From Eledone cirrhosa (lineage: Eukaryota), in NCBI GenBank assembly GCA_964016885.1, contig OZ024741.1, positions 284,270,001-284,334,000 of the forward strand: DNA of 64,000 bases. Reading direction: 5' to 3'. Position numbers and translations under genes: made by a program. Shown here piece after piece: positions 60,461 to 64,000 of the stretch. Numbering within the stretch: position 1 is the stretch's first letter; every line of letters begins with the position of its first letter. The notes beneath the pieces were generated by a model, which saw only the letters and a program-made list of their open reading frames with translations, was not told where the DNA came from and searched no databases.

Positions 60461-60880
60461 CGATAGTGTTTTCCACAAAAGTCGAGGTAGATTCAGATGG
60501 TACATGTGGTGTCAAATTTCTTACAGGCATAGTTGTTTCAAGGTACTGTTCTACCTGGCTGCTAGGAAGTCTAATAGCATGGCGACCTGTAGCATGTGTT
60601 GTTGATTCCATGATTGTTCTGGGAGACTTGCAATTTCTAATATTTATCTTATTTTAACGTTCAACAAATGTGGCTTGTTGGCGTAATTGTTTCGCTGTGA
60701 AATGATTTAGCTCTGGATGTATTTCGTCCCAGTGTAGCTTCATCGGAGAGATTTTTTCCCGCCATTTTATAACAATTAAATAAATCATCATTAAGTTCGC
60801 AACTCCAAGAGAAATGTGATTTATATTTTCGGTTTCTTCTGTAGCTACAAATGAATAAATTTTGTTTACCTTTCTCATTG
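60461..60880 (-). mobile_element. N-terminal fragment of the older R4-like ORF
   Basis: WS.ELNDDL.NCY and MK.HWDE.HPE..HFT.KQLRQQA resemble the R4 N-terminal block; collinear with 56760-57640. Confidence 0.6.
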
Positions 60881-61336
60881 ATTTTCTCACTGGTTTTCTC
60901 CAATAAATTGTTTACACTCCTTGTGTTCGATAAACTGCTCGATAAACTGTTTTTGTTGATATTATGTATGTATGTACGTATGTATATACGTATGTATGTA
61001 TGTATGTATGTATGTATGTATGTATGTATGTATGTATGTATGTATGTATGTATGTATATGAGTGTGTGTTTGTGTATATATATATATATATATGTGTGTA
61101 TACATAGCTGCATGTGTATGTGTGAGATTGGCAGTGTATAGTTTACTTAGGTAAAGTGTATTGATTATGATGAGTACAAATTACCATAAGTGGCTCACGC
61201 TAAACTTAATGGGCACAAAAGACAAATGAACAATAAATATCAAACTAGGTGGTTGTGCGTTGAGTGGGTATGTGTATGCACATACACACATATATATATA
61301 TATGTGTGTGTATGCATACATACCCACATACGCCCA

Positions 61337-61420
<84 letters not shown>

Positions 61421-61500
61421 TATACATATATATATACACATATACATATATATATATGTATAGTATATATATACATGTATTTATACATGTATATAATGTA

Positions 61501-61547
<47 letters not shown>

Positions 61548-62049
61548 TTATATATATATATACATACTCATATCTACACACACACACACACATATATATG
61601 TATATATATATATATGACTGCAAATGGCAAGCACAATTTCTTTCTCAAGAAATCCATACAAAAGTTTTCACAAGTACTTGAAGATTTCGTTGATATGATG
61701 TGGCTGTCCTTGAGTAAGTTATATACAATATAACCAGACTAAGGTAAGTTGTGTTAGTTGCAGGTTGGTCAGTTATTTTTTGCTGTTGTTGATTGATATT
61801 GCCACCAAAAGAAGTATCTTACCATTGTAACTTTGTTTTGATTTTATCACCTCTCATACATACATGCAAACACCCAAATATTTAGTATGTTCAAATGTTT
61901 CTTGAATGGGAGTGCATCCAATACATTGAAATAGGTAGGGAGAGAATTTTCTTTATTGTTACCCCCCAAGTTTCATGCCACTGTGATCTTTAGATAAGAA
62001 CGTAAATACATGCACACACATAGACATATATATACATATTATAAAGAGT

Positions 62050-62164
62050 CATTACTGGTACTTTATTTTATCGACCCTGTAAGGATGAAAGGCAAAGTTA
62101 ACCTCGGCGGGATTTGAACTCAGAATGGAAAGGGCCGTAAATCTTTGCGTCAAAGCATGGCGTC
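62050..62164 (-). mobile_element. Partial SINE copy
   Basis: Family core match. Confidence 0.85.
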
Positions 62165-62194
62165 AAAGATCAAAATAATGCACACAAACACACA

Positions 62195-62980
62195 TCCTCC
62201 TCCTCCTCCTCATCATCGCTTAACATCTATCTTCCATGCTAGCATGGGTTAGACAGGAATTGTCCCACTTGAGGCAAGATTGGTCGGGTGACCGTGTCTT
62301 GCTCGTATAGGACTGTATCTGGCAGCTTTTCTATGACTGGAGGCCCTTCCTAACACCAATCACATTTGCAGTGTGGACTGGGAGCCTTTTTAACGTGTCT
62401 CCTACACGACCACTTTACAGCTTGGACTGGGTGCTTCTTGACGTGACACACCTACATGAGCACTTTAGTGTGGACTGGATGTTCTGTGGTACCAACATAA
62501 CTTTACAGAGAAAGGGTGGTGTGGGTGGAAGTGGGAGGATGGAGTAGGGGTAATGGGTTGGGGTGTATATTTGGTTAAGAAGTGCCTACTGACTGTAGGT
62601 TTAACTTTGTATGTAAGGGAAGGCGGGTCTTCTGTATTACTGCGTAGCACCAAAGGTCTCAATTCAGTGACATTGTCTTAGAGAGGTCGGATTTTATCAT
62701 ATCCAAGGTTTTTCTGGACCTACCTACTCCGTAGCTTCCATCAATTTTGATCACCCTGCACCTTTTTTATACAGCTGTCATCTTTCATGCGCATCACATG
62801 ACCATACCAACATAATCTCCTCTCAAGTAAACAGCATCTGATCCCTCTTATTCCTAATTTCTCACTTAGTTCATTTATGTTTTGCCATTCGTGTTTATCA
62901 TTGCCCTACAGGCTATAACAGAAGAGTTTAAGACCGGTTGCCCATGGGAACTTCTGTATGCAGATAATCTAATTCTCATG
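62195..62980. mobile_element. RTE LINE 3' remnants and RTE-tail repeat
   Basis: Minus strand LCWYGHVMRMKDDSCIK....GRSRKT; plus strand AITEEFKTGCPWELLYADNL; tail similar to 42030-42250 and 46900-47060. Confidence 0.7.
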
Positions 62981-62989
62981 ATGTCGAGG

Positions 62990-64000
62990 CTGATGTTAGG
63001 CCTCTGTCTCCCTGCTTACGTTTCAATTATAGGCGGTCTATGTCAGTGTTGATGTGGAAGTTTCCGGTGTTGTTTAGTATTTTTTTAGTCCTAACATCAA
63101 TTGCTTGGATTTCGTCTATTGTCCAATTGAGTATTCCAAACGTTGGTGTTAGGACAGGCACAGCAAACACATTGTGAACCACTGTTTTATTGTATGCAGA
63201 GATTTCAGATGATAATATTTTTCTTAATCGGTTGTAATATTCCCTGGTTACGTGTCCCTTGTTACAGATATCCTCAGAGGATATATTCTCATCTATCCCT
63301 AGGTATCTGTAGCAGTCTTCGTCAGATATTGGTGAGACAGTTCGGCCATTGATGACAATGTTGTTAGATTGGGTTGTAGTTTTTCCACGCTTTACAATCA
63401 TATATGAACATTTATCTTGGCCAAACTTTATTCCTATCTCCGTTGAGAACATTGTAACCTGGTTAAGAATTTTCTTCATCCCATTTATATTCTTGGCATA
63501 GAGTTTCAGGTTATCCACAAAGAAATTATGGGTTAAGTTCGAATTCCTGTCCTCCTGTGAACTAATTTTGTATCCTTCACATTTCTTGAGGACAAGGGGT
63601 TTTAATGACAAGATAAATAGTAACACAGAGAGACTGTCTCCTTAAAATATAACACAGTGATATTCTATTTTATCAGTAACTTTAGGATGGTAGCCCAAGA
63701 AGAAGATAATTTCTCTATGGCTCTGATAAGTGTCTGGGACTTTAGCAAGTTGGAGGGCCTCTATCATCCAAGAGTGGGGAACAGAATCAATTGCTTTCCT
63801 TTAGTCCAGCCAGACTATAACCATATTCTTCCTAAGTTGACACATCTCTAACATCGCAGTTTTGTTAATTAGGAGTTGTTCAGCACACCCCCAAACACCG
63901 TTCTTCCCGGCTGCTTGCTCATCTGTGATGATGTTATTATTGTCGCAGTGATCTTGGAAAAATAGGTTCAAACAGGCTGTATACATTTTATACATCAGCT
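62990..64000 (-). mobile_element. Older R4-like LINE family, RT fragment (runs off the window)
   Basis: ORFs 63027-63626 and 63801-63995; paralogous to 56760-57470. Confidence 0.88.

Overview
A eukaryotic, repeat-saturated window with no confidently identifiable host gene. The SINE families and (TA)n/(TATG)n/(CA)n microsatellites suggest a cephalopod (octopod), which is an inference. The first 15 kb is a head-to-tail array of five R4/Dong-clade RLE non-LTR retrotransposon copies, each separated by a (TAA)n tract. One copy is full length with an intact 1130-aa ORF, and one is an in-frame chimera. A decayed full-length L1/Tx1-type LINE sits in the same microsatellite in the opposite orientation, and the right end of the array abuts an Asn-coding (AAT)n linker of a Penelope ORF. 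The remaining 49 kb is dominated by Penelope-like elements (at least three families) and short fold-back insertions in (TA)n tracts. About a dozen of these carry minimal type I hammerhead ribozyme motifs, including U3-A8 and C4 core variants. Also present are a DD37D (maT) transposon, a decayed mariner, a hAT element with a second hAT-family fragment, a piggyBac-type MITE, an older R4-like family, RTE fragments and many tRNA-derived SINE copies. All calls were made by eye from the sequence and ORF track; boundaries are approximate.
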